Shown here: positions 21,048 to 31,288 of the stretch, one piece after another
How the letters are laid out: each line of letters begins with the position of its first letter
Position numbering within the stretch: the stretch's first letter is position 1
From: a virus
DNA length: 64,000 nucleotides
IMG/VR virus record: IMGVR_UViG_3300032323_002905
Location: 25,453 to 89,452 of that record
Reading direction: 5' to 3' (one strand)
Notes under the pieces: generated by a model
What the model was told of the DNA's origin: nothing
Databases searched by the model: none
The model's input: only the letters and a program-made list of their open reading frames with translations
Position numbers and translations under genes: made by a program

Positions 21048-22724
21048 TTAGATAGTGTTTAATCCTTGGATGTAGATCTTACCATAAAATTCTGGTCTTA
21101 ACATTTTCTTAGCGTAACGAGTCAATAGACCTTTACGTGGTGTAAATGTATCTGGGTCGTACACAAGTGGAGTCATAATTAATGGAACATATGGAGCAAA
21201 TACAGCACCAGCTTCTAAGAATTGTGAACCTCTGTAACCTAATAACATGATGTTTTCAGTCATGTAAGGGTTTTTGTAAACTGTGTAACGGCCATTTAAT
21301 TGACCTGCTTTTTGTACACCGAAAGCGTATTCCATTTGAGCAGCATCACCATTGTTAGTAGAAGCAAATCCTGGGATTGATTCTAATACTGTAGCTACAG
21401 TTGGAGATGTAACAATAAAGTTAGCACCACCTCTTAAAGTTAATTGGTGAATTTTGTTGCTTAATTTTTGGATTTTAGTTCCTAAAGTTTGGAACCATTG
21501 GCCTTGTGTGTTGTAGAACGCTGAACCACCAGTTGAGAAAGTACCTGTACCTGGATTGTAAACGTTGTTGTTGATTGTTGACCAATATTCAGTACCTGCT
21601 GCTGCGTCTTCGATCAACATATCTAAGATTTCAAGGTCAATTTCCATTGAAATGTACTCAGACATGATGTTTGTTACTTCAGCTTCAGCATCGATATTTT
21701 GGTAAGCAGCTAAATCTTGTGAGAATTCAGGTGTCCATACTGCTTTCAATTTCTTGGTTTTAGCAGTGATGGCTTGTGATTGCATTTTCACGTTGATCTC
21801 AGGGATAACGATAGTAGTGTTTGATGCCGCGTTTGGAACTGCGAATGAAGACGAATCTTCAAAATCACCTACATTATACGGACTCATTTGAGTAGCTTTG
21901 TTATACTCAATTGTATAAGCACCTGCTGGAGCGATTGTAGCTGTTGAAGCACTTACAAAGAATGTAATTGTATTGTTAGTGTAATCAAATGTAGTAAATT
22001 GTTGTAAGTTGTTAGCAGCTGTAATTGCTGAACCTGACAAGATAATGAAACCTCTAACAGCATCCATATCAAAGTTAGGGATGTTTGTAGAAGCACTAAC
22101 TAAAGTAATTGCTTTGATTTGACCTGCAGCAACTGAAGCTGAGTAATCTGAATCAAAGTTAGTTGTAGCTAATGTACCTGAAACAATAAGTGAACCAGTT
22201 TGGATTGTAATAGCTGATGATGAGAATTGGTTGGTAGAGTAAGTAAAACGACCTGTTCCGTACAAACCACCTGCTGGAGCTGGAGTAGCAAACGGGAATT
22301 CACCTGTTGCGTTTCTGTTACCATACAATGAACCACCTACTGAAAATGGATCTTTAGCTGTTCCGTATTGGAAATCTAAGAAGAACACAAGACCTGAAGG
22401 CATTGACATTGGCTGAACTGAAACAAATTCTTTTGCTGCAATTTGAGCAAATACTTTACGTACTAAAGGTAAAGCGATACCAGCCCAGTTTTCTGATTGA
22501 CCAACAGAGAATGAACCTGCTGATGAACCACCACCTGTATCTGATTGTTCCATAACTAATTGCTTAGCTTGGTTTTCTAATAATAAAGACATGTTGTTTG
22601 CCTCTACATTTGTTAAGCCTTCTAATAGACCCGTTTTGTTCCATTTAGAAGACAATTTAGCTGCATCGCTTTGGAGTGATTTCCAAGGATTAGCTGATTC
22701 TAATAATGATTGAATTGTACTCAT
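21048..22724 (-). CDS. Major capsid protein (T4 gp23-like)
   Basis: LLENQ, LPLVRKV, VSVQPM..PSGLVF, AKTKKLKAVWTPEFSQDL, FAPYVPL and FTPRKGLLTRY motifs. Confidence 0.95.
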   Translation of the reverse strand: MSTIQSLLESANPWKSLQSDAAKLSSKWNKTGLLEGLTNVEANNMSLLLENQAKQLVMEQSDTGGGSSAGSFSVGQSENWAGIALPLVRKVFAQIAAKEFVSVQPMSMPSGLVFFLDFQYGTAKDPFSVGGSLYGNRNATGEFPFATPAPAGGLYGTGRFTYSTNQFSSSAITIQTGSLIVSGTLATTNFDSDYSASVAAGQIKAITLVSASTNIPNFDMDAVRGFIILSGSAITAANNLQQFTTFDYTNNTITFFVSASTATIAPAGAYTIEYNKATQMSPYNVGDFEDSSSFAVPNAASNTTIVIPEINVKMQSQAITAKTKKLKAVWTPEFSQDLAAYQNIDAEAEVTNIMSEYISMEIDLEILDMLIEDAAAGTEYWSTINNNVYNPGTGTFSTGGSAFYNTQGQWFQTLGTKIQKLSNKIHQLTLRGGANFIVTSPTVATVLESIPGFASTNNGDAAQMEYAFGVQKAGQLNGRYTVYKNPYMTENIMLLGYRGSQFLEAGAVFAPYVPLIMTPLVYDPDTFTPRKGLLTRYAKKMLRPEFYGKIYIQGLNTI

Positions 22725-22749
22725 TTTTTTAAAATTTTTTTTAAATTGA

Positions 22750-23820
22750 TTATTTAATAATTCCTGCTATTTTTTGCATTCTTGTGAATGTGTCATTAAC
22801 TTCTACAATAGATGTTTTTGCTGTTGGCATAATACCTGTTGTTTTAGATGCTAAACTAGTTTTTAATGATTCGTTAACATGTGATTTAGAAGTTTCTTTT
22901 AAACCTTCTGATAATGTTTCGAATACTAATTTAGTTTCTTTTACTGTTGATGCTTTATCAAATGCATTTAAAACCTTTACTTTTTGTGATTCGGTTAAGT
23001 TTTTAGCTTTGAAAATTTTGTTAGTGTAAAGTAATTTTGCATTTAACAAATTAACTTCATTGATGTCAGTTCTCATAGTAGCAATAGTTGACATAGCTTC
23101 TTCTAACTCTTTTTTAAGTTTAGTTATTTCTTCTTTGTCTTTTTTGTCTTCTTTGTCACCTTTTTTCTTAGCTTCATCTAATTCGATTTCAGCTAAAATT
23201 TCATCAATTGAAATTTCTTCTTCTTCACTTTCCATTTCTTCGCCTTCTTCTTCACCTTCCATGCCTTCACCAGCTTCTAATTCACCAGCTTCAACCATGT
23301 CTTTAATTACGTCCTCAATAAATGATTTTAATTCTTCTTCAGTCATGTCTTCGATGTTGATTTCTTCTTCAGTTTCAACTTCTTCTTCACCTTCAGCTTC
23401 ATTAAGATCTTTTTTGTCTTCGTCTTCTTTAGCCTCATTCATGTCTTCATCTTTTGATTCTTCCATGTCTGCTTCTAACTCAGCTAATAATTCATCAAGA
23501 TTAAGTTCATCTAATTCTTCTTCAGCTACATTACCATGAGCTGTTGGACCTTTAGGGTCATTAATTAAACCTTCTTCTTCTTTGACTTCTTTGTAGCCCA
23601 TTAAGTTTTCTTGTTCTTTAGAATACATTTCTTCCATATCTTCCATTTCTGCTTCTTCCATATCCATTTCTTCCATTTCTGCAAGTTTAGCTGATAGCAT
23701 AGATTTTAATTGTGGAGTAAAATGTTCTTCAAGAGCAGCTTTTGCGCTTGCTATTGCTGTTTCTTTAACAACTTTAGCATCTTCGATTGCTTCTTTAAGC
23801 AAATCTCTGTTTTTACTCAT
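22750..23820 (-). CDS. Prohead core / scaffold protein (T4 gp22-like)
   Basis: Highly acidic coiled-coil protein between protease and capsid genes with many L/I/M-x-E sites. ATG at 23820 (MSKNRDLLKE) is preferred over the track's GTG at 23850, which lies inside a hairpin. Confidence 0.8.
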   Translation of the reverse strand: MSKNRDLLKEAIEDAKVVKETAIASAKAALEEHFTPQLKSMLSAKLAEMEEMDMEEAEMEDMEEMYSKEQENLMGYKEVKEEEGLINDPKGPTAHGNVAEEELDELNLDELLAELEADMEESKDEDMNEAKEDEDKKDLNEAEGEEEVETEEEINIEDMTEEELKSFIEDVIKDMVEAGELEAGEGMEGEEEGEEMESEEEEISIDEILAEIELDEAKKKGDKEDKKDKEEITKLKKELEEAMSTIATMRTDINEVNLLNAKLLYTNKIFKAKNLTESQKVKVLNAFDKASTVKETKLVFETLSEGLKETSKSHVNESLKTSLASKTTGIMPTAKTSIVEVNDTFTRMQKIAGIIK

Positions 23821-23955
23821 TTGTCCTAAAATTTTGTTTGGGAAATACACTTATTTGAAGTGTAATAGAATTGTTAATTATAGATACTGCAAATGCGATT
23901 GCGGGCAGTATATTCTAATATACATATGTCCGGATTTTCTTAAAATACACAGAAG

Positions 23956-23988
23956 TAAAAAAGAAATGCCTCTTTTTTAGAGAGGCAT
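23956..23988 (-). terminator. Rho-independent terminator after the prohead protease gene
   Basis: ATGCCTCT..AGAGGCAT stem followed by TTCTTTTTT on the minus strand. Confidence 0.7.
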
Positions 23989-24021
23989 CGGTCTAATAAT
24001 ACTATTAATAGAGGGGTTTAT

Positions 24022-24627
24022 TTAAAATAAAGGACATGACCCGTTAGCACATAAAATATCAGTAATAATTGAATTAATTTTACCATATTGATTTGTACTA
24101 GGAATATATGATTCATTTAAGTTAGTTGGTTGCATCCATGAACCTGGGTTAGAAGGTGTTGAAACAAAATCCCAACATAGTAATTCAAAGTCTTCTTGTA
24201 CTTCCATTACATTACCTCTTTGTTCTAATGAACCCATTCCTCTTGATGATACACCTACTGTGATGCCACTTTCAATTAATGCTTTTAAAATGTTGCCTGA
24301 TGGAGTAGGTAAAATTTCAATTAAACCCATTACATTATCTCCATCCCACCAGCATTTTTTAATATTATGTGAAACATTTTTTAAGTTGATAACTGAAGAA
24401 TCCGGATGATCTAATTCGCCTAATGCTCTGTTTTCACGAACAGATTCCATATAGCGATTCATTTCACGTTCCCATAATTCTTTAGCGTAATATCTACCAT
24501 TACCGTTTTTTACTTCGGCGGTAGCTAATACACCTTCTACTAATATGTTACCTCCAGGATTAGTTCCTTCAGTTAACCTAACAGCTTTAGGAGAAAATAA
24601 TTGTGTTTCAATTAATACTTGTCTCAT
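24022..24627 (-). CDS. Prohead core protease (T4 gp21-like)
   Basis: KNGNGRYY, ALGELDHP, VSH, GVSSRGMGS and DFVSTPS motifs. Confidence 0.95.
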   Translation of the reverse strand: MRQVLIETQLFSPKAVRLTEGTNPGGNILVEGVLATAEVKNGNGRYYAKELWEREMNRYMESVRENRALGELDHPDSSVINLKNVSHNIKKCWWDGDNVMGLIEILPTPSGNILKALIESGITVGVSSRGMGSLEQRGNVMEVQEDFELLCWDFVSTPSNPGSWMQPTNLNESYIPSTNQYGKINSIITDILCANGSCPLF

Positions 24628-24631
24628 TATT

Positions 24632-25450
24632 TTATTTTTTATCTAAATCACCGTATCCACTTGATTTATATTTACCTTTAGGGGTAATTGTTTCTTTTTC
24701 AGTTTTAAATCCTACTCCTTTAGTTCCAAACATAGCATTTTTAGCATAATAGTTTATGTCTTTAACCATGTTTTTAAGTACAATTTGTTTTAATTCATCA
24801 ACTGATTTGTCTTTATTTTTAGGATCTTTCATTTCAGCATAATAACCATTTAAGAAAGAGGTACCATAAACATTATCAATATTTTTCTTATCTTCATTAT
24901 CATATTGATGAGCTAAAGCATCAGCTACTTCTTTAGATGGTTTTTCAAACTCATCATAATCACCATATGTTTTTTTCTTTTTAACACCAATAACTTCTGA
25001 TAAAGTTTCTTCTTTAACTGGTCTTAACAACATTGGTTTAGTTACAAATAACTCTCTACCATCTTCTGTTTCGCCTTTAATTTGTTTAATTTTACCATTT
25101 ACTTTATCAACTAAAGTAATAGTTACTTTATCATCACCTATCATAGCTTCATCACCAACTTTAACTTTAGAACCAAATGATAAATCACTCATTGGAGTTC
25201 CTAATATGTTAGCTTCTTCATTTGTGTTTTCTCTAAATATTTCTAACCATGATGGTGATGGTTTATGATTAATAAATCCACCAATACCTTCACTTAAAAT
25301 ACTTTTTGATTTAAGTACTTTAACAGTTGTATTGTAATCAGAATATTGATTGATATATTCTGGAAATAAAGTTTTAGCTTGTTTTAAGAAATGATCTTTA
25401 TTTCCTTTTCCTTCTTTAATAAGAATGTATTGTTCTTGTAATGTTTTCAT
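24632..25450 (-). CDS. Hypothetical head-associated protein
   Basis: 272 aa in the head operon; N-terminus MKTLQEQYILIKE and several internal L/I-x-E sites. Confidence 0.7.
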   Translation of the reverse strand: MKTLQEQYILIKEGKGNKDHFLKQAKTLFPEYINQYSDYNTTVKVLKSKSILSEGIGGFINHKPSPSWLEIFRENTNEEANILGTPMSDLSFGSKVKVGDEAMIGDDKVTITLVDKVNGKIKQIKGETEDGRELFVTKPMLLRPVKEETLSEVIGVKKKKTYGDYDEFEKPSKEVADALAHQYDNEDKKNIDNVYGTSFLNGYYAEMKDPKNKDKSVDELKQIVLKNMVKDINYYAKNAMFGTKGVGFKTEKETITPKGKYKSSGYGDLDKK

Positions 25451-25463
25451 TTATAATGAGTTA

Positions 25464-25727
25464 TTATGTGTAAAATAAAACGTTAGCACTAGCAGCTGCT
25501 AATGAAGCACTAGTTACGAATATAGGATAAGTTGCTCCTTCAAGAAATCTTAATGTAGCTGGTGAACCAGATATACATAATTCTACTCCATTTGCGTCTT
25601 TAAGACCTGTAAAAACAGCATATGATCCTGCTGTGGTTGCTGCTACTGTGAATCCAGCAAAAGAACCAGTCACTGATTGACCTTGTCTTATAGATACTAC
25701 TGTTGGGTTTGCGGGTATATTTGCCAT
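25464..25727 (-). CDS. Small virion protein, paralog 2 (possible capsid decoration)
   Basis: 87 aa, about 65% identical (57/87 by hand) to the adjacent ORF. Confidence 0.7.
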   Translation of the reverse strand: MANIPANPTVVSIRQGQSVTGSFAGFTVAATTAGSYAVFTGLKDANGVELCISGSPATLRFLEGATYPIFVTSASLAAASANVLFYT

Positions 25728-25738
25728 TATTATAATTT

Positions 25739-26002
25739 TTATGTAAAGAAAACGACGTTAGCACTTGTAGCATCTAATGAGGCACTAGTAACAAATATTG
25801 GATATACAACACCTTCTTTAAGATATAAAGCTGCTGGTGATCCTGAAACTACTAACTCTACTCCATTAGCATCTTTAAGACTTGTAAAGTGAATATAATT
25901 ATTTACAGTATTTGAACATCCAACAAAACCAGCAAATGAGCCTGTTATTGTTTGTCCTGCTTGTCTTGATACAGCGGTTGCATTAGCTGGTATATTTGCC
26001 AT
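25739..26002 (-). CDS. Small virion protein, paralog 1 (possible capsid decoration)
   Basis: 87 aa; MANIPAN...LKDANGVEL...YPIFVTSASL is shared with its neighbour. Confidence 0.7.
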   Translation of the reverse strand: MANIPANATAVSRQAGQTITGSFAGFVGCSNTVNNYIHFTSLKDANGVELVVSGSPAALYLKEGVVYPIFVTSASLDATSANVVFFT

Positions 26003-26003
26003 A

Positions 26004-26537
26004 TTAGTTTTTAAATAAGCTTATTAAGTCGTTTAAATAATCGTTTGCTAAATCAGTACCATATAACACACTAAAATTAGGTTTATTTTTATAATAATCT
26101 AATGTTCTTTGTTTTGCGTTTTGTAATAATGGTAATAATTCGTTTAATTTTTGTTCTAAAGTATCAAATCCTTCTAATCTAGATTTGATAAATGTTTTTA
26201 ATTCTGGTTTATCTATGTTTAAAGAATCAATATAAGCGTCAACATCTAATTGTGCTTCGTTTACATTCTCTTTCCACATTTGTTTAACTATAATTCCTTT
26301 TGCCTGTTTATTCAGTTTTTTTTGATTAACAGGTTTGTAACCTAGTTTATAATAATAATTATTTGTTGTACCTTTAGAATTAGTATTTTTTTTATAAGCA
26401 GCATCTGTTCCTGCTTTTGTTGCTGTTTGTGGCCCTTCACCTGGACTAAAAGCTCCAGCTGATGCTCCACCTCCTGTACCTGATTCTTCAGATATTTTTT
26501 TTAATGTATCTTTAATAATACTTTTTAACTTATCCAT
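26004..26537 (-). CDS. Hypothetical head-associated protein
   Basis: 177 aa; leader MDKLKSIIKDTLKKISEE followed by a Gly-rich linker. Confidence 0.7.
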   Translation of the reverse strand: MDKLKSIIKDTLKKISEESGTGGGASAGAFSPGEGPQTATKAGTDAAYKKNTNSKGTTNNYYYKLGYKPVNQKKLNKQAKGIIVKQMWKENVNEAQLDVDAYIDSLNIDKPELKTFIKSRLEGFDTLEQKLNELLPLLQNAKQRTLDYYKNKPNFSVLYGTDLANDYLNDLISLFKN

Positions 26538-27384
26538 TTACTTTACGTAATTCTTCTAATAATTCATAGTAATGAAGTAAATTAGTCATATCATCATTAC
26601 TAATTTTATCATTTTTATCTAATGTAACTAAAATATTAGACACCTCATTAATTTTAATTTGAGTTGTCTTGTCTTTAACTTTTTTATTTAATTTAGTTAA
26701 GTCAGATTTAATTTCTGTTATTTTAGTATTGTAAAAATCTTTTAATTTAGATGGATTATCAACACTGTTGATAAATTCTTTTAATACTGATTTTTGTCCT
26801 TCATTTAAATTAGCATATTTAGAATTAAATTTTTCTAATAATGATCTATAAGTTAACATACGAATATCTTTATCGTATGACTTAAATTCTTCCATTAATG
26901 TATCTTTAGCAACTGTTGTAATTGGTGCTGAAGTTAGATATTCTAATATAATTAATTTATTTGAGATTACTTGATTGGGTTCTGGTTGGTTAACACCATC
27001 ATACATTTCTAATAATGTATAGAACGCGGCTTGGGTTTTGTAGTTAGGTAATTTAGTTTTGAAAAATTCATCAACATCATAATTTGCTTTAATTTCTTTA
27101 ATTAAATTATATTTTTGACGACGTAATGCTGATTTGTTTAAGTATTTAGCACTTTCTAATAAAGTATTGATAATAATATCAGCTTTACCTTCGCTTAACT
27201 TAATGTTGTTTAACAATGTTTCGTATAACTTATACTCTTTTCCTAACTCTGTTTTAACAAAGTGTTTTTTTAAAATAGTTGCTGCCTTTGAGTCTACACC
27301 TGACAATGTATCAGACGTAATTTGTCTGACTAAAAGTTCAAATAAAATGCCAGTATTCTTGTATTTTGAATGTTTAACAATCAT
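26530..27384 (-). CDS. Helical protein downstream of portal (probable prohead core component)
   Basis: 284-aa helical ORF directly after the portal; function inferred from position only. Confidence 0.7.
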   Translation of the reverse strand: MIVKHSKYKNTGILFELLVRQITSDTLSGVDSKAATILKKHFVKTELGKEYKLYETLLNNIKLSEGKADIIINTLLESAKYLNKSALRRQKYNLIKEIKANYDVDEFFKTKLPNYKTQAAFYTLLEMYDGVNQPEPNQVISNKLIILEYLTSAPITTVAKDTLMEEFKSYDKDIRMLTYRSLLEKFNSKYANLNEGQKSVLKEFINSVDNPSKLKDFYNTKITEIKSDLTKLNKKVKDKTTQIKINEVSNILVTLDKNDKISNDDMTNLLHYYELLEELRKVNG

Positions 27385-27419
27385 TCCTAAAGTGTTTTAT
27401 TATAAATATATAAGGATTA

Positions 27420-29297
27420 TTACTCTCTAATTTGGGATTCATCTAATAGCGAATCTCCTGGTTTTTCTTGACTAAATACTAATTTTTTATCAACTTGTTC
27501 AAACAAACGTTTATTTCTTGCAAAAGCTGATTTAGCGTTTTCTAAAGCAAACGGTTTAGATGTTGACTTACCATATCCTGGTTGGTCATCAGATTTCATA
27601 TCTTTAACACCTAATCTATCACGACCTAACGCGCTGTCTTGTGTATTAATATTAGATACTTTTTCTTTTGGACGACCTAATTGTGTGTCATTATTATATC
27701 CTGGTGGCAATTCACCTTCTGGTCCACCGTTTTTACTATATAAACTAGCTAAATCATGTGGTGTACCGTATGATTTACCTGTTTCTACTGGATCATTACC
27801 TTCTTCTCTAATTTGAGCGATTCTAAATTCACGTTTTGCATCTTCAATCATCATATCTCTATATTCATCATATGAATCTTCAGAGAATCTGAATACATTG
27901 TCATAAACCCAATCAGTAGGCATTAATTTAGTTTCAATAATATTTTTAGCTAAATCAACTTTTTCCTTCATTAACATGATACGTTCTTGATCGTATATAA
28001 TAGACGGTGTAGTTAATGATAACTCAAAGTTAGTTAATTCTTCGTTAGTATAACCTTGAACATATAAATGTACTAATGCAATTTTATATAATTCTGATAA
28101 TGTAATACGTTGAATACGATCAATTGTACGAGCAAAACGAATATCTTCTGCTGCTAATGTTGCTTTACCTTGTAAGTCTTTATCATAACCTAAAAATGCT
28201 TTAGGTACTTTTAATGCTGCAAATAACTTATCTCTTAAATATGCGACATCTTGAATACCATCATAATCTAAACCTTTAGTATTTTCAATACGTGTTGCTT
28301 GGTCATTACCTCTTACTGGAATGTAAAAATCTTCTAGTAAGTTTTGCATGTTATATTTAACATTATATTCACCTGTCTTTTGATCCATTAACGGAGTACG
28401 TTTCATTGAACTAATAGTTTTCTGCATAAATGCTTCAACTTCATTAGGTGGAATAGAACCAACATTAATAAAGAAAGTACGTTTTTCTGGTGAACGAACT
28501 ACACGATGGATTAACATCGCATCTTCCATTAAAGCGTATTGTTTATATAAACGACGAGCTGGTTCTAGATAAGATCTACCATATGGTAAATAGTTAACAT
28601 CTGTAATTAATCTAAAGTGAGCCACCTCATAATTTTCAAAGAAAATACCTGGTTCGTTTTGACGACCTAAATTAGGTGTGTTATAATAACCATCACCTGA
28701 TAAAAATCCTTCTGGTCTAAATTGGAAACGAACTGAAGCTGGTTTGTCTTTATCATAATTTTCTTGTCTTTCAATATGATATGCTGTATATGGAATAACA
28801 TTATATACACCAAATTTTTCAGCGATTTCTAATCTTAAGAAAAAGTCACCATATTTACACATTTGACGAATCCAAGACCATAAATTAAATTCAATGTTTA
28901 ATACATCATAAAATAAATTATATAAAATTCTTTGAATATTTTCGTCTGATGAACGAATAGATAATACTTCACCCATATCATCTTTTAATGTAGATTCATC
29001 AGCTACAATATCTAATGCTGAACCCACAATTGCATCCTGATCCATGATATCATAGTCTGAATATAATTGGGTACGTAAGTATTGGTAATTTAAATTTAAT
29101 TGTTGTCCATAAAGTGATGATGCATTAGTTGAATAAATTCTATTGTATCTATCCATTAATGAGTTAGTAGCGATATCACCAGTTTGTTGAATGGTGTTAA
29201 CGTCCATCACTTTTAATTGATTACCACCCTGATTTCTCATCACTACATCAGTAGAGAACAGTCGTTGTAATCGTGAAAATAAGCCTTTGTCTGCCAT
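27420..29297 (-). CDS. Portal protein (T4 gp20-like)
   Basis: LMEDAMLIHRVVRSPEKRTFFINVG, LEDFYIPVRG and KLFAALKVP motifs. Confidence 0.95.
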   Translation of the reverse strand: MADKGLFSRLQRLFSTDVVMRNQGGNQLKVMDVNTIQQTGDIATNSLMDRYNRIYSTNASSLYGQQLNLNYQYLRTQLYSDYDIMDQDAIVGSALDIVADESTLKDDMGEVLSIRSSDENIQRILYNLFYDVLNIEFNLWSWIRQMCKYGDFFLRLEIAEKFGVYNVIPYTAYHIERQENYDKDKPASVRFQFRPEGFLSGDGYYNTPNLGRQNEPGIFFENYEVAHFRLITDVNYLPYGRSYLEPARRLYKQYALMEDAMLIHRVVRSPEKRTFFINVGSIPPNEVEAFMQKTISSMKRTPLMDQKTGEYNVKYNMQNLLEDFYIPVRGNDQATRIENTKGLDYDGIQDVAYLRDKLFAALKVPKAFLGYDKDLQGKATLAAEDIRFARTIDRIQRITLSELYKIALVHLYVQGYTNEELTNFELSLTTPSIIYDQERIMLMKEKVDLAKNIIETKLMPTDWVYDNVFRFSEDSYDEYRDMMIEDAKREFRIAQIREEGNDPVETGKSYGTPHDLASLYSKNGGPEGELPPGYNNDTQLGRPKEKVSNINTQDSALGRDRLGVKDMKSDDQPGYGKSTSKPFALENAKSAFARNKRLFEQVDKKLVFSQEKPGDSLLDESQIRE

Positions 29298-29316
29298 TTT
29301 ATTATATGTTATTAAT

Positions 29317-29324
29317 TATAAATA
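29317..29324 (-). promoter_or_regulatory. TATTTATA upstream motif (candidate late promoter), portal copy; other copies at 718, 4578, 9850, 20085, 27401, 39800, 43315, 48981 and 53920
   Basis: Exact 8-mer located 3-28 nt upstream of at least 10 start codons, always in intergenic gaps. Confidence 0.65.
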
Positions 29325-30902
29325 TTATCGTATTAACCAACTAATATCTTCGTTTCCACCCATTCCGTTTTGTATACTATATGGGTTAGGAACACTAGAA
29401 CCATAAGCACCTGTAAATCCTGTTCTGTTAACAGTCATATTACTTAATGTAGCTCTAGACATTTCTAGATTTTGTGATTTAAATCTTAATGATGTATCTC
29501 TTAAATACATTCCAATTGCAAAACTCATAATTAAGTCGTCATTGTATCCTGATTGTGCTTCAGCACGACCATTTTTCCAAATGAATACTTTCATTTCTTC
29601 TAGTAAACGTTTAGATTGAATAACAACACTTTTATCGCCTATGTACTCTCTAAATTTATTAATTACTAAAGGACGAGTTTTCATTGATGTTGTAAAACCA
29701 GGTACTAATTTTGAATTGTCCATATACTGGTCAAAATAAGCATCTGAATTATTTCCGGCTTCACTTTTAGGTGAGTAATATAAATTTTTATATCCACGTT
29801 CTTGAATTGCATCTAATGCTGACCAACCAATATTAGCATTTTCTACTACTAATAAGGCTTGATTATATTCTGTGGCTAAACCAACTAAGAAAAATCCGAA
29901 TTCTTTAGGTGGTAATTGACCTTTATATTCTGCAACTTGTGTATTTGATTCAATATGAATAACATGAGCTGCTGAGAAATCCTTGCCGTCACCTCGCGCT
30001 ACATCGGCTATAACCATATATGATTGAGTATAGTCCGCCGGTTCCCATATCCATAAGTTACGGTCAACTCCACGGCGTTCTAGCGGTTCTTTTATTGTAG
30101 TTTGAGATATAAATTCAATCCATTCTGAATAGAATACTGTATCACCTGATGTACTAAAATCGCAATCACACTCTTGTGCTGCTAATCTAGGATCACCTAA
30201 TAAATCATCTTGTCGTTTTCTCCATGCTTCATTTCTTTCAGGATGGACATACCAAGGTAATTTAATAGGCAAGAAATCATTTTGATTAGCTTCAGCCTTA
30301 ACCCATGTTTGATGAAACCAGTTACCCGTACCATAAGGAGTAGATAATACAATAGCACCACCACCCGTAGCTAAGGTTTGTTGAGCAGAAGCCCAAATTG
30401 TATCAATACCGTCAATAAAAGCAGCCTCGTCAATTAATAGCAAAGATACTGCTTCAGATCTACCAGCATCACCTGCTGCTGATACTGCTTTGATCTGAGA
30501 TCCGTTATTTAATCGTAATGTAAGTTTATTATTTTCTTCAGCATTTACTTTTAACCATGATGGTAAATTTTCATACATGAATTTTACCTTAGTTACCATG
30601 TTTTTAGCGGTTTCTTGCTTTGTAGCGATACATAACACGTTTTTATCTTTATGGAATAACATTAACCATAAAGAATAACCAGCTGATAGTGTTGAAATAC
30701 CTAATTGTCTTGATTTAAGTACTATACTGTATGGATTATCTTTCCATAAATTTAATACTTTATCCTGGAATGGATATAGATTGAATATGATTCTTCCTCT
30801 TTGAGGATGTTGAATATGACAGTATTTCTTCATAAAATGAGCCGGATCAGAGGCACATTTTACATATTCCTGTCTTATAACTTCACGTAAGTCTTGACTC
30901 AT
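29325..30902 (-). CDS. terL: Terminase large subunit (T4 gp17-like)
   Basis: KSRQLGIST, LIDEAAF and STPYG ATPase motifs; ADVARGDGKDFS and DDLIMS nuclease motifs. Confidence 0.95.
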   Translation of the reverse strand: MSQDLREVIRQEYVKCASDPAHFMKKYCHIQHPQRGRIIFNLYPFQDKVLNLWKDNPYSIVLKSRQLGISTLSAGYSLWLMLFHKDKNVLCIATKQETAKNMVTKVKFMYENLPSWLKVNAEENNKLTLRLNNGSQIKAVSAAGDAGRSEAVSLLLIDEAAFIDGIDTIWASAQQTLATGGGAIVLSTPYGTGNWFHQTWVKAEANQNDFLPIKLPWYVHPERNEAWRKRQDDLLGDPRLAAQECDCDFSTSGDTVFYSEWIEFISQTTIKEPLERRGVDRNLWIWEPADYTQSYMVIADVARGDGKDFSAAHVIHIESNTQVAEYKGQLPPKEFGFFLVGLATEYNQALLVVENANIGWSALDAIQERGYKNLYYSPKSEAGNNSDAYFDQYMDNSKLVPGFTTSMKTRPLVINKFREYIGDKSVVIQSKRLLEEMKVFIWKNGRAEAQSGYNDDLIMSFAIGMYLRDTSLRFKSQNLEMSRATLSNMTVNRTGFTGAYGSSVPNPYSIQNGMGGNEDISWLIR

Positions 30903-31288
30903 ATAACTAGTAAAATACCAATTAAAGCAACAGAACTAACTATAAACTTTAATTTGATTTTTTTTATTTGTTTTTGGTAATTATTGATAATACTATCTTT
31001 ATACTCTAATTGTTTTTGACGATCTATATCAATTTTTTTATATAATGAAATAGATGTGTCTTGAGTTTTTATAATAGAATCTTGATTATTTGCTATTGTA
31101 ACTAAAATATTAACTGAATCTCTAACTACTGTAATTTGATTTTTAAGAAAATCACGTTCATTTTTTACAATTAAAGCGTTTTTTAATGTTTTAGAAGGAA
31201 CTGTGACTAAATCCTCAGTCGAAAGCATTTGTGAACTCACTAACAAGGGCATCATTAGACAAGTTAGTAATACGATTATGTTCTTCAT
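30899..31288 (-). CDS. Secreted coiled-coil protein with C-terminal membrane anchor (spanin-like component)
   Basis: Signal peptide ending ...VSS-Q, coiled coil, and C-terminal FIVSSVALIGILLVI; overlaps the upstream gene. Confidence 0.55.
   Translation of the reverse strand: MKNIIVLLTCLMMPLLVSSQMLSTEDLVTVPSKTLKNALIVKNERDFLKNQITVVRDSVNILVTIANNQDSIIKTQDTSISLYKKIDIDRQKQLEYKDSIINNYQKQIKKIKLKFIVSSVALIGILLVI

Noticed and set aside
22784-23539. Plus-strand Ser-rich ORFs opposite the scaffold
   Set aside because: Antisense shadow of GAA-rich Glu codons.
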